Source: Macrostomum hystrix (Eukaryota > Animalia > Platyhelminthes). Taken from it: 64,000 bases of DNA. Below, piece after piece: positions 44,801-57,340 of this stretch. The position numbers and the translations under genes are program-made. The stretch lies in assembly GCA_950097015.1 (NCBI GenBank), contig CATNEN010000005.1, forward strand, positions 4,836,001 to 4,900,000, read 5' to 3'. Numbering within the stretch: the first letter of the stretch is position 1; each line of letters begins with the position of its first letter. Under the pieces are notes generated by a model. It did no database searches, had not been told where the DNA came from, and saw nothing but the letters and a program-made list of their open reading frames with translations.

Positions 44801-47800
44801 GATAGTTTAGAGATTGGGATCAGAATCCCACTTGATAGTTTGAGATTGGGATCAGAATCCCACTTGATAGTTTAGAGATTGGGATCAGAATCCCACTTGA
44901 TAGTTTGAGATTGGGATCAGAATCCCACTTGATAGTTTGGGATTGGGATCAGAATCCCACTTGATAGTTTGGGATTGGGATCAGAATCCCACTTGATAGT
45001 TTAGAGATTGGGATCAGAATCCCACTTGATAGTTTGAGATTGGGATCAGAATCCCACTTGATAGTTTGAGATTGGGATCAGAATCCCACTTGATAGTTTG
45101 GGATTGGGATCATAATCCCACTTGATAGTTTGAGATTGGGATCAGAATCCCACTTGATAGTTGGAGATTGGGATCAGAATCCCACTTAATAGTTTAAGAT
45201 AAAATCTTACGTTGAACAGCGCTGGCAGCAGGCAGGTGTTAAACAGTTGATCTCTATCAGCTGGTAGCCAGTGCTTGGTTCCGGCAATCAGAGCAAACCA
45301 AATGGTGGAGCCCATACTGTGACAGGCTTGGTAGGTCTCAGCCTCAGCAGATTCTGACAGCAAGTCAGCTAGGGGAGAATAAAAGTTAGCCGCACCTTTA
45401 GGACCGGCGACTCGACTGATGCAGGTGACAAAGTGAGCAAAATTGGCTAGGAAATGATCATTGAGACCGCCGCGACTGCGGCAGTAGCCTAGCAGACTGG
45501 ACCAGGTGGCTGGGCTGGCTAGGAAGTCAAGAACCTGCACCGATGGTGATGGCAAATTTAAATGGAAATCAAAGAATAATAAGGACAAACTTAATAATGT
45601 ACATTATTTACATCTACCAATCTACTGCCTAAATCTACAGATCTACAGCAGTCAAGATTAATTAATTACAGTGTAAATCTACTAATCTGCTATCGAAATC
45701 TACTAATATTCTATCGAAATCTACCAATCTTATATCGAAATCTACCGATCTACTGTCCAAATCTACCGATTTACTGTCAAATCTACTGATTTACTGTCAA
45801 ATCTACCGATTTACTGTCAAATCTACCGATCTACTGTCCAAATGTACCGATTTACTGTCAAATCTACCGATCTACTGTCCAAATCTACCGATTTACTGTC
45901 AAATCTACCGATTTACTGTAAAATCAACCGATCTACTGTCCAAATCTACCGATCTACTGTCAAATCTACCGATCTTGTCTAAATCAACCGATCTACTGTC
46001 CAAATCTACCGATCTAGTGTCAAATCTACCGATCTTGTCTAAATCAACCGATCTACTGTCCAAATCTACCGATTTACTGTCAAATCTACCGATCTTGTCT
46101 AAATCTACCGATCTTGTCTAAATCTACCGATCTTGTCTAAATCTACCGATCTACTGTCCAAATCTACCGATCTACTGTCCAAATCTACCGATCTTGTCTA
46201 AATCTACCGATCTACTGTCCAAATCTACCGATTTACTGTCAAATCTACCGATCTTGTCTAAATCTACTAATCAATTTAAAAAAAGTTTCCCCAGCCAACA
46301 TACCAACTGCAGATGCTCATCGATAGCAGCATTAGGCTCAGCGTAATCTGGCTTAGCGTTCGGATTACGAACACGAAAGACGGCACCATTAGGCAAGCCG
46401 AACAGGTGATCGCTGCCGTCCCTAAACCAATCCGCGTGCACCACAGCCGGACCCTTACTATCGGCAGTCGGTGCTGGCAATAGAATCCGGTCAACTCGCC
46501 GTTTCTTCAGCCACACGAAGGCGGCTAGACAGGCAAAGGCGCGCTCTCTGCAGCGCACATTCACATCCTGGGTCATGCGCAGATAGAATTGCAGCCACAG
46601 CCTGCCAGGATGATGCCGCGGGTGCAGGGTGAACTGCATCGAGTCCACTGTTAAATGAGTGCATTTCCAGCCGCTACTGCGCTCCTGCAGCTGGGTCAGT
46701 TCGCTAACCAGCTGCTCAGTTATGACCGGATCGTGACAGCCCAACGACTGAAAGCTGCGAGACATCTGAACAACGCAACTGCCTAGCAACGCTTCCACCT
46801 GCAGATTGTGGAGTTATTGGGCTCATTACAATGACCAGCTACAACTTAATACAATGACCACCTACAGCTTAATACAATGACCGTATGTAGCTTATTACAA
46901 TGACCAGCTACAACTTAATACAATGACCACCTACAGCTTAATACAATGACCCTATGTAGCTTATTACAATGACCCTATGTAGCTTATTACAATGACCACC
47001 TACAGCTTAATATAATGACCTTATGTAGCTTATAACAATGACCATATACAGCTTAATACAATAACCCTATGTAGCTTATTACAATGACCACCTACAGTTT
47101 AATACAATGACCCCATGTAGCTCATTACAATGACCACCTACAGTTTAATACAATGACCCTATGTAGCTCATTGCAATGACCACCTACAGCTTAATACAAT
47201 GACCCTATGTAGCTTATTACAATTACCAGCCACAACTTAATACAATGACCACCTACAGCTTAATATAATGACCTTATGTAGCTTATTACAATTATCCCAT
47301 GTAGCTCATTACAATAACCACACACAGCTTATTAAAATGACCAAATATAGATTCATACAATGACCCCATGAAGATCATTACAATGACCACCTACAGCTCA
47401 TCACCACATGAAGCTTATAACAATGACCACTAATAGCTCATTACAGTGACTATATATGGATAACTAAAATAATCAACTACAGGTCATTACGATAAACTTC
47501 TAGTCAATCACAATAAACCTATGACGCTAATGACAATGACTATCTACATGTTATTTCGAGACCAATAACGGCTTATTATAATGACTACCTAAGGCTCATT
47601 ATGAATATCTGAGCAGATCTCAGACTGGTTAAAAATAATCAAGCGGCAAACCTCAGTTTTGTTGCTGTGATCGGAGAGTTGCACAGTGGCCAAGCAGCGG
47701 CATAGCAGACTACGGGCGAACCAATCGGGCACTGAGAACAGGTGATTCGGTGCCACATAGCCAGCAGCGGAACCGCCTATCATCAAGGTCAGTGCGCCCA

Positions 47801-50800
47801 TCACCTGTAGGGACAATTTAGAGTTTGCAACAGGTAAATAAAAGACAACTGGGAAAAAACGTTACTAATGCAGAGAGAAACAGCAATAGCAGTCAGCAGT
47901 AACTCCATAGCAGCCAAAAGAAACAGCAACGGGCGATTACAGCTTAGCAAGTGGTGAATACAGCATTGGAACCGGTGAATACAGCATAGCAACCGGTGAA
48001 TACAGCATAGCAACCGGTTAGTACAGCACCGCAACGGGCGATTACAGCATAGCAACCGGTGAGTACAGCATAGCAACCGGTGAGTACAGCATAGCAACCG
48101 GTGAATACAGCATAGCAACCGGTGAATACAGCATAGCAACGGGTGAATACAGCATAGCTACGGGTGAATACAGCATAGCAACCGGTGAATACAGCATAGA
48201 AACAGGCACATAAAGCATAGAAACTCGCGTATACAGCATAGCAACCGGTGAGTAGAGCATAGTAACAAGCAAAAAAACAGCAAGGAAAAATAAATTTGAC
48301 CTCCATTCTTTCAGTCAGACCTGATGCTCGCAGTCGCTGGAAGCCAATTGCTCCAGTCCGGGTGCCAGAAGTCTAAATCCGCTACTAATGGGCCCCAGCT
48401 CTGTGCACAATCGAACTAAAGCGTTGGACGCGTCGCTTGACACCATCCGATACGGACTGCCAACTAGGCGCATTAGAACATCGACAATGTCTGGTAGGCG
48501 AGAGTTCGCCAGACTCCAAGCCAGCTGAGAGCGCAGCTGAGTAAAGCCGGTTAGCCGACGCAGTAGCCGGGTGATGGTGTCCTGACCGCGGCCAAGCTCC
48601 AGTATCCAGTCGGGCTCGGCGTTGTCGCGAATGCGCAATATCTCCAGGGTGCTGGCTATGGAGACTCGAGGACCGGGTAGCATCAGGGCGGTGATGCCGG
48701 CTATTGCCTGACGGAGGGTGGGTAAATAGTTTCCGTTTGCTGGTGACGCTACGAACTTAAAATTAATAAAATCAAGTTTTCGATAGTCGCATTGTAGAAT
48801 TGTCGTTTCAGCTTTGGACTTTTGACCAAGAGGTCGAGAGTTCGAATTTTACCGAAAATCAAGATTTGAAGTTAATCAATATTAATATTACTAGAGAATA
48901 TTACTATCTAGTTTGTGAATGGCAGAGTGGTTAACGCGTTTGCCTCTCGCACCAAGGTCCGTGAGCTCGATTCCGCGTCGAGGCCACATTCATTTGTGGC
49001 GCAGCCGCGGAGAGAAGGCTTTGGGGCTTGTGCAATTTACGCCCAAGGCACAGTGAAATTGTTCACTGCCTGACGATAAGAAAGTCTGGGCAGATACATG
49101 TGTGAGCGTGTGCTCAGGAGTCAGCGGAATGGGCAGAATTACTTCCTCGCCGGCTGCGGGTTAAATGTCACCAAATGATGTGCCAGTGACTGCAGCCCTC
49201 ATGCTATACTTTTTTTTAATATAGTCTCAGATCGTCGACTAGTGGTTAGATCTCTGAATAAAGGGTCGAGAGTTCGAATCCTACCCCCTACCGGATATAA
49301 AAATATTTGTCGTTAAAAAAGGGTTAACTTGTCGGTCAATCGAAAGTCAATTAAAACCCTTACTTATGAATAATTGGATGGCAATTATATGAATTTTATA
49401 TTACTAGTTTTGTATTCCTAACACTTTCTTACCTGCTGAATCACCTCGCTCAAATCGGTGGACTCAATAGTCTTAATCAGCCTGACAAACAGATTCAAAA
49501 GCAACTGTCTAACATCGGCACGATTATCATTAGAATTTTGTTCGCCAATTTCTAATCTCAATCGATTGCCTCGCCCAATCAACAGGTGACTGGGCAGGTT
49601 GGGACCCTGGCGAATGCTCATCGATGCCGGATAGTTTGGCGGCGCCTGATTGGCTGGACTGGACGGATCGGCTGATTGGGAATCGCCAGGTTTTGGCGGC
49701 GGCGACATCACCAGCCAGGCGGACTGAGCGAATGCGGCCAGGCACGTGACACAGCGAAGCAGCTCCTGATTGGTTGCATTATAAGCGCTTTAATGAATAA
49801 TGTCGTTCTGGTCATTCACTACTCACTGAATGGTCATTCTGGTCATTCACTAACCACTGAATGGTCATTCTGGTCATTCACTAACCACTGAATTGTCGTT
49901 CTGGTCATTCACTAACCACTGAATTGTCGTTCTGGTCATTCACTAACCACTGAATTGTCGTTCTGGACATTCATTCTGGTCATTCACTACCCTCTGAAGG
50001 ATCATTCTGGTAATTCAATAACCACTGAAGGGTTATTCTTGTCATTCACTAACCGCTGACGGGTCATTCTGGTCACCTACTAACCACTGAAGGGTCATTC
50101 TGGTCACTCACTACCCACTGAATTGTCATTCTGGTCATTCACTACCCATTGAAGCTTCATTCTAATCATTCTAGTCATTCACTACCCACTGAAAGGTCAT
50201 TCTGGTCATTCGCTAACCACTGAATGGTCATTCTGGTCATTCACTACCCACTGAATTGTCATTCTGATCATTCACTAACCACTCAAGGGTCATTCTGGTC
50301 ACCTACTAACCACTGAATGGTCATTCTGATCACTTACTATTCACTGAATGGTTGTTCTGGTCATTCACTCTTATTCAAAAGATCACTTTAGTCCCTAAAT
50401 ACCTGTAAAAAATCTGTTTAATGATTCAACACAGTTTAATTAGTATTTTTTTTTGAGAAACTCACCTGTTTCTCCAACAAATTTTTGCCATCAATGTGGC
50501 TAGCCAACAATTGAGTCTCGGGCCATAGAAACTCATTGGCCATCCAACGAATAAATAGTTTCTCATCCTCCGTTGTCTCGTGCCAATCAATTTTGATGTC
50601 CTTCAAACGAAATCTTTCGCCCCAACCAATTTTGCGATAGGCGTTGCAATCTAGAGTCGGATAGACTTCGGCTAGCATGCCGCCAGTAGTTAGCTGAACG
50701 AACAGTCTAGCAGACAAGCGAGATAGTCGCTTATCCTTGGCCCTCAGACAGCAGTGCAGCACATAGGCTAGCTGATCTCTGCAGGCTAGCATGCCACTGT

Positions 50801-53800
50801 CAATCAGCGTGTCAGCATTGGAAATTGTGCTCTCCATAACTGCCACATCCCACAGCAGCTTGGAGCTGACTCGCTCTTCTAGGGCCACGTCTGGACCGCC
50901 TTCGGCTTCAACTGTGGACACCGCCTGCTGAATTGACCTGGTGGGGAAATAGGGAACAGTGTGCTTTTTTATCTCTGTTAATCTTAAGGAAAAAATCATT
51001 TAAAGTGACAGACGATTCGCATCTAGCGATATTACTAGAGGACCGATTATCCCCTATTATTAGACGACAGATTATCCTTAATTTTTGAGAGGACTGGTTT
51101 TAATCCAAAAACTTATTGCAGGACAGATTATCCCTAATTATTACAGGACAGATAATCCCTAGTTATTACAGGGCAGATTATCCCTAGTTATTACAGGACA
51201 GATTATCCCTAATTATTACAGGACAGATTATCCCTAATTATTACAGGACAGATTATCCCTAATTATTACAGGACAGATAATCCCTAATTATTACAGGACA
51301 GATTATCCCTAATTATTACAGGACAGATAATCCCTAATTATTACAGGACAGATTATCCCTAGCTATTGGGGATTAATTATTATTATTATTGGGAGGTTGC
51401 ATTGGGAGGTTGGCCCTTAAGGGCGTAAATTGCACGACAAGCCCCCAAGCCTTCTCTCTGCGGCTGCGCCTAAAATAAATGTGGCCTCGCCGCAGAATCG
51501 AACTTAGGAACCGTGGTGCGAGAGGCAAACGCGTTAAACGCTCTACCACTTCTGCTCTAGAGGATCGATTCTCCATAACTATTTTAAAGGACATTGAAAA
51601 CGCATCCGATTCCTAATAGAAGAGTAATTTATCCCAAAATAACAGAGAATGACTAATCCCACAAAGCTCAGTATTAGCCATAAATTGAAACTGCAAAAAC
51701 TTACCAAGACACAATAGCTCCGGGCAGAGACCCAGAGAAGGCTGCAAACAATCTCAGAACATTCTTAGCCGCACCGTCTGGTTCATAAGCGGCTCCAATT
51801 GACCAATTCTTGAGCTTGTCGCCCAAAATAGCCTGCACCTCGTCACTGCCTCGCATGAGCATATTGTAGAAGATCTCCAATAGAGGTGTGAGGCCAACCG
51901 AGGCCTTAGAACTAGCGCCGCTGAAACCTGGCGATCCATTTAGCATCGAGTCGATCATGGCCAGTACGCGGTCCATAAACAAAGAGCTGAACTCTTCCAA
52001 TTGGACGTCTAGAGAGATTTCGTGCACCAGCTCTTGGATCAAGGATAGTGCGGACGCTAATCTCAGCGGATTACTCAGCTCTAAGAATGGTAGCACGCTG
52101 CGGATTGAAAAAAGGGATTTACATAACTAATTTTAATCTAAAGAGATGTGAAGAGGTTGTAGCCTAGTGGTTAGGGCGTCTCACGACTTGAAGGTCGGGG
52201 GTTCGATTCCCGAGTCCACTGAAACAATTTGTGTCATTTAGCAAGACACTAAACTCTGCATTGCTTCAGTTCACCCAGCTGTTAAATGGGTACCAGCATT
52301 AGCTGGGGTAATTGAAGGTGGGTGTGGCGTCCCCCCAGTCCATGGACTGAACAGCCCTACGCAGCCTTCAGATGCGCCGCGCAACAGCTGCGGCTGTGCT
52401 GTCGGCTGCACATCCGGCCCCATTGGGGCAGGTGCAATCAATTATTATTTATAGTAATACATCATACTATATTCAGCCTACATAATCCAAAGTTCAATAC
52501 AAGAGCGTACTTTCTTAAATTAAATGCAAAGACATTGTTCAGACAACGGTTTGTTAGTACAGCTGTGATATCTAATCAAATAAGATTAGCCATACTGGAT
52601 TGAAAACTCTTTTTCTACCTAAAACAGTTTAATGCCTGCTTTTTAAAGACAGACTAGTTTAAATATATGCTTAGAGACTTAACTACGAGTATAATTCTCG
52701 TAAGAAGAATAAAGGACAAGAAATTATACCCCAGAAATTCTACCATGAAAATATTTTTCTTAAACAAAATATGGCTCGAATATGGCTAGAATATGGCTCG
52801 TCAACCTCATACTACGTCTTATGCAATCGGATAGAGAAGAGATGAGACACGGGAGAGATGAGACACGGGAGAGATGAGACACGGGAGAAATGTAAAACAG
52901 AGATGTGACAGGGGAGAGATGTGAAAGGGAAGAGATGAGACAGGGGAGAGATGTGATAGGGGAGAGATGAGACAGGGGAGAGATGTGATAGGGGAGAGAT
53001 GAGACAGGGGAGAGATGAGACACGGGAGAGATGTGATAGGGGAGAGATGAGACAGGGGAGAGATGAGACAGGGGAGAAATTAGACTGGGGAGAGATGAGA
53101 CAGGGGAGAGATGAGACAGGGGAGAAATTAGACTGGGGAGAGATGAGACATGGGAGAGATCAGACACGGGAGAGATGAGACAGGGGAGAGATGAGACAGG
53201 GGAGAAATTAGACTGGGGAGAGATGAGACATGGGAGAGATCAGACAACAGGAGAGATGAGACAGGGGAAAGATGAGACAGGGGAGAGATAAGACAGGGGA
53301 GGGATGAGACAGAGAAGACCACGGAGAGTTGATTAGGGCTCACCTGTAAAGCAGAGGCGCCACCTCCTCAGGTGCGTAGCGAACAATAGCCAGGCTTGAC
53401 CTGGAAGCGGTAAGCAACAGGGCGCAGAGTCGATGCGGCTGGCTGGAGTCGAGCATAGCGGGCTGCAGCTCAGAGAACAACCGACGGAGAAACACGGTGG
53501 GATTCAACTGGCAGATGAGATTAGCACTGGAGGCCACATTAATAGTGTAACCTCTGGCGTGTACCAGTACAAAGGCTGGCTCTAGCAGCATGTCGAATAG
53601 GGCCAATCGCTGAGACTCGCTAATGTGGGTCTCTTTAGGCGGATAGCGCCACCAGGCTTTGTGCGAGTGGCCGTGACGCTCGTCTGTGAGCCGATGGATT
53701 AGCTTGGTTAGCAGCTTGCGTATTAGGCAGATAATTGACTGCAAAAGTTCAATAATGGCGATGGTTAATAATCAACGGACATTTTTGTGTGCTTTACAGG

Positions 53801-56800
53801 GTATTTCTTGGGGGCATAATAAGACTCCAATAATATCTCCCACTGACTCACACATAGATTAACTGTCACTAAGACTATCACACACTAACTCACATAGCTC
53901 GTAGATTAACAACTACTAATCCCATCTCACACAGACTTTCATGGGTTAACTGTCACTAATCCCATCTCACACAGACTCACATAGATTAACTGTCACTAAT
54001 CCCATCTCACACAGACTCACATAGATTAACTGTCACTAATCCCATCTCACACTGAATCACATAGATCAACTGTCACTAATCACATCTCACACAGACTCAC
54101 GTGGAGTAACTGGCACTAACCCCATCTCAAACAGACTCACATAGATTAACTGTCACTAATCCCTTCTCACACAGACTCACGTAGATCAACTGTCACTAAT
54201 CCCATCTCACACTGACTCACATAGATCAACTGTCACTAATCACATCTCACACTGACTCACGTGGAGTAACTGGCACTAACCCCATCTCAAACAGACTCAC
54301 ATAGATTAACTGTCACTAATCCCTTCTCACACAGACTCACGTAGATCAACTGTCACTAATCCCATCTCACACTGACTCACATAGATCAACTGTCACTAAT
54401 CACATCGCACACAGACTCACATAGATTAAGTGTCACTAATCCCTTCTCACACTGACTCAAACGGATTAAAACCACTAATCCCGGCCCATACATAACTCAA
54501 ACGGATTACAGGCACTGATCTCATTTACCATTGAAGTGGCAAAGTTTAAGCGGATTAACTTACGGCTAGCCAGCGTCCATTGTTAGACGGATGCATATAG
54601 GGCTCGAGAAGCCGCAACAATCGCTTTATCTCGTTAACGGCCACATCCGACTCGGGTCGAATAGTTCCAATTAGAAGGCCGGCCACTTTTCCTAGAAAGC
54701 GCTCCTCAGCGCCTTTGCCGCGCTCGCTGCCGCCGCTGTGGCCAGACTGACTGGCCGGCAATACTTTCGGCGGCAGGACGGAATTGGGCGACTTGCCAAC
54801 AGGCAGACGGAGGCAGCGGTGAATTAGGCTGCACAGATTGGACAGGTGAGGCTCCAAGTCGATTTGGTCGTGCCAACAGTCTGCCAAGTTGGCCAGGTTT
54901 TGCACTACGGTGGGTTCCGCTTTAGTGCCCACAGCTGATTCCGACCTGGAAGGCAAAGCAGTTCTGAAGCTTTACTTGAAAATTATTCCCTCACTGAATA
55001 GCCTCGTCTAAACTCTGAGAAATATGTTTTCTACTTCTGTCTTTTTAGCCATTTCATATTTATATTCCGCAACCTTAATCTGTTGTAAATCAACTCTAAT
55101 CCCTTGCTGCAATATCTCTAATCCCTAATCCCTTTCTCTAATCCCTAATCCTAATCCTTTTCTATTATATCTCTACCCGAATATATAAACACTAAGTCTA
55201 GGAAGGATAGGATAAGAGAGGATCTGATCTGATCTTATATCTGTACTGTAATGTCTTCCATTGCTGTTATAAATCCACACTAATCCCTTGCTGCTAAATC
55301 TCTACCCTAATCCCTTCCTGCTATATATGTGCCCTAATTCCCTCCTCTTATATCTACTAGTCTAATCTCTTTCTCTTATCTCTCTACCAAAATCTATTCA
55401 TCGAATATCAATGTTAACCTTATCTCTTGCTCTAATATATCTGGCCATTGTGGTCTAATCTCTTCTTGTAAATTGTATCCAAGTCCCTCCTTTTAAGTAG
55501 TTAGTATTTCACTGACCAAAACTTCAGCAGCGGCTTAGCCCACAGTTGAATTGCATCTTCAGGTGACACTTCTGGTAGAAATCTGATAGGCAGCAGGGCC
55601 AAATACTGAGCCTGGGTCTCAAAGTCCACCGATGTGGAGCAGAGTCTTGGCGATAATTCGTTGAGAATTTCTCTGGTGGCATTTGGCGCAAAGTAGGGAG
55701 AAGCCCTGGTCACACAACGATGGAACTGGCCCCAGTTTCTGCGAAACAGCATTAGAGGCGTGCGACATCGAATGACTTTCTTACAAGTAGGCAGAAAATT
55801 CAACAGCACTTTGGCAGAATTCACCAACATATAAACAGCATTCACTAACATTCTTACAACATTCACCAACATCCAGACAGCATTCACCAACATTCATACA
55901 GCATTCACCAACATTCACACAGCATTCACAAACATCTTTGCACCATTCACCAACATCCTTTTAGCATTCACCAACGTCCTTGCAGCATTGACCAACGTTC
56001 TTGCAGCATTCACCAACAGCCTGACATTGTTATAGCCTCCCCCCACCACCCTTAGAGCCTTTACTAAAATTCTACAGGATTTAATAAAATAATCACAGCA
56101 TTTTCTAACATTCTTACATCCTTTACAAACAGTCATTCACCAATATTAACGTTATTAATCAATAAAATTCAATGTTTTATAATACTCACAGCCTGATAAA
56201 GTCATTGCCATGCCTAATAATGGTTGAATAGAAACTCTTGTAGTGTCTAGCCAGATTATAAAACGGACGCCAATCTAACTGCAGGTCACTTGGTTTCAAT
56301 GACTTTGTGCATCTATAAAGAAATTAGAACATTTTTGTAGTGAAGTGATAGATTGACATTGACAAATACAAATTTATCAAATGCTAAAATATTTATTTAT
56401 TTAAAACTAGAAAACTTACTTTAGAAGTTTATACAGTGCATCCATACAACCTTGCTGAATAAGGGTATCATGATCAAGGTTAGTAGTGTGCCTATACATC
56501 AGATGAATCAGTTCCAAGTGTGTCACTTTTGAGAAATGTAGCTCAAACACTAGCAGATAGCTGTAATAAGAAACAATTAAGTGAGTTAAGTATCTAGCTC
56601 ATTGAAATAATGAAACTTTTAGTGTACATTTTTTAAGTTTAACAATACAAAGTTTCTTACTTGTTGAGCTCATTGATCCAATACATGAAGCCTTCATGGA
56701 ACTCATTGTACTCTTCAGCCAATTTTAGGCCTTTTATAATAGCTGTAATCCATGTTGCACTCTCTTCATTCACTGGTGCAATTTCCTTGACTTTCTTGTT

Positions 56801-56830
56801 GAAATTCTTTATCTTCTGATACATGTCATT
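41809..56830 (-). CDS. PSME4: Proteasome activator PA200/Blm10 (PSME4), ~1715 aa; exons 56661-56830, 56420-56560, 56190-56312, 55517-55738, 54564-54945, 53344-53738, 51705-52097, 50466-50937, 49433-49765, 48321-48707, 47652-47804, 46304-46798, 45211-45534, 43810-44370, 42777-43120, 41809-42067
   Basis: C-terminus RHAGVLGLSAAVSAHPYTVP...FKRTHQDGWERDRDKFTPDQLSLLSDAVVSQSYYA carries the PA200 YYA tail. Internal matches include LQLDWRPFY, SPYFAPNATREIL, LEPYMHPSNNGRW, IKIDWHE, EVRECAGQALSGL. Sixteen GT-AG exons in consistent phase total 5154 nt. Probable start ATG at 56824; an upstream exon is possible. Confidence 0.95.
42170..42620. repeat. ~32-bp degenerate minisatellite GGGATAATGGTGAGATGGGATTATAGTGAGAT
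   Basis: Fills the last PSME4 intron. Confidence 0.85.
43330..43740. repeat. 41-bp minisatellite AGAGAATTAAGGGGATTTCAGAACACACAATTATCCCGTTT
   Basis: About 10 copies; PSME4 intron. Confidence 0.88.
44450..45195. repeat. 32-bp minisatellite GGGATCAGAATCCCACTTGATAGTTTGAGATT
   Basis: Related to the 31/34-mers at 33395-37948; PSME4 intron. Confidence 0.9.
45680..46270. repeat. 20/21-bp minisatellite AAATCTACCGAT[C/T]TACTGTC(C)
   Basis: PSME4 intron. Confidence 0.92.
46820..47420. repeat. ~23-bp minisatellite TACAATGACCACCTACAGCTTAA / TACAATGACCCTATGTAGCTTAT
   Basis: PSME4 intron. Confidence 0.88.
47920..48255. repeat. 21-bp minisatellite GCAACCGGTGAATACAGCATA
   Basis: PSME4 intron. Confidence 0.9.
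48915..49200 (+). mobile_element. SINE family A, near full-length copy
   Basis: TGGCAGAGTGGTTAACGCGTTTGCCTCTCGCACCAAGGTCCGTGAGCTCGATTCC head, then the family body to GCAGCCCT. Flanked by decayed tRNA-like heads at ~48815-48855 and ~49235-49290. Confidence 0.87.
49790..50370. repeat. 30-bp minisatellite TTCTGGTCATTCACTAACCACTGAAT[T/G]GTC[A/G]
   Basis: PSME4 intron. Confidence 0.9.
51110..51365. repeat. 25-bp minisatellite GACAGATTATCCCTAATTATTACAG
   Basis: PSME4 intron. Confidence 0.9.
51370..51555 (-). mobile_element. SINE family A, 3'-truncated copy
   Basis: Reverse-complement head with B-box AGTTCGATTC and the shared body. Confidence 0.83.
52153..52450 (+). mobile_element. tRNA-derived SINE, family B, with a CORE-like central domain
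   Basis: A-box TAGCCTAGTGG and B-box GGTTCGATTCCC. Segment 52241-52290 (GCAAGACACTAAACTCTGCATTGCTTCAGTTCACCCAGCTGTTAAATGGG) aligns by eye to the MIR/CORE consensus as recalled. ATT-rich tail. Confidence 0.78.
52835..53310. repeat. 16-bp minisatellite GGGGAGAGATGAGACA
   Basis: Same unit as inside the MITE; PSME4 intron. Confidence 0.92.
53860..54480. repeat. 40-bp minisatellite CACATAGATTAACTGTCACTAATCCCATCTCACACAGACT
   Basis: Period of 40 bp (TGTCACTAAT at 53951 and 53991); PSME4 intron. Confidence 0.92.
55800..56040. repeat. 21-bp degenerate minisatellite CAGCATTCACCAACATTCA[T/C]A
   Basis: PSME4 intron. Confidence 0.82.
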
Positions 56831-57022
56831 CTGAAAAAAGTAAAAAAGGATAGGTTTACATATTTAACAATATGGAATGACTGCTGAATAATAAGCATTA
56901 TAGTCACAAACTATTTCCCAGCATGAGCTTTGCATAACTTTTTTACTTTGATTTCAACATTTAAAATGCTCTAAATTTAGTAAACATAACCTGATCTGTC
57001 TGAAAAGCTAGCTAGATACATG

Positions 57023-57340
57023 TTAGCGACATTTTACCATGCGGTAAAAACCGCTAACTTTACAGCATAGTATAATGTCAACATTACCTTGCGGTGAAGT
57101 TAGAGATTTTTACCGCACTGTTTATAACATGTTAAAAAACCACACTGTTTAACAAACCTTATTATGTAGTGGACTATGCAGAATTTACTGCACTGTTTAT
57201 TGGCTTTGCCAATCAAGAAGCTATTTTTAGTCCACTGCATAGTCCTAGCCTATAATTATTTAAACAATAATGAAATGATGATATTACTAGGCCTATGCTG
57301 TAAAGTGAGCGGTTTTTACTGCGCAGTAAAATGTCGCTAA
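57023..57340. mobile_element. MITE-like fold-back element with ~48-bp terminal inverted repeats
   Basis: TTAGCGACATTTTACCATGCGGTAAAAACCGCTAACTTTACAGCATAG at 57023-57070 matches the reverse complement of 57293-57340 with few mismatches. No clear TSD. Confidence 0.72.

Noticed and set aside
52153-52220. tRNA genes here and at 48915, 49235, 41540-41600 and 19805-19865
   Set aside because: A/B boxes are present but no full cloverleaf or acceptor stem; they continue into SINE bodies or are decayed heads.
55095-55160. Telomeric repeat (CCCTAA-like)
   Set aside because: Only a few degenerate CCCTAAT units; GGGATT elsewhere is the reverse, not the reverse complement, of TTAGGG.
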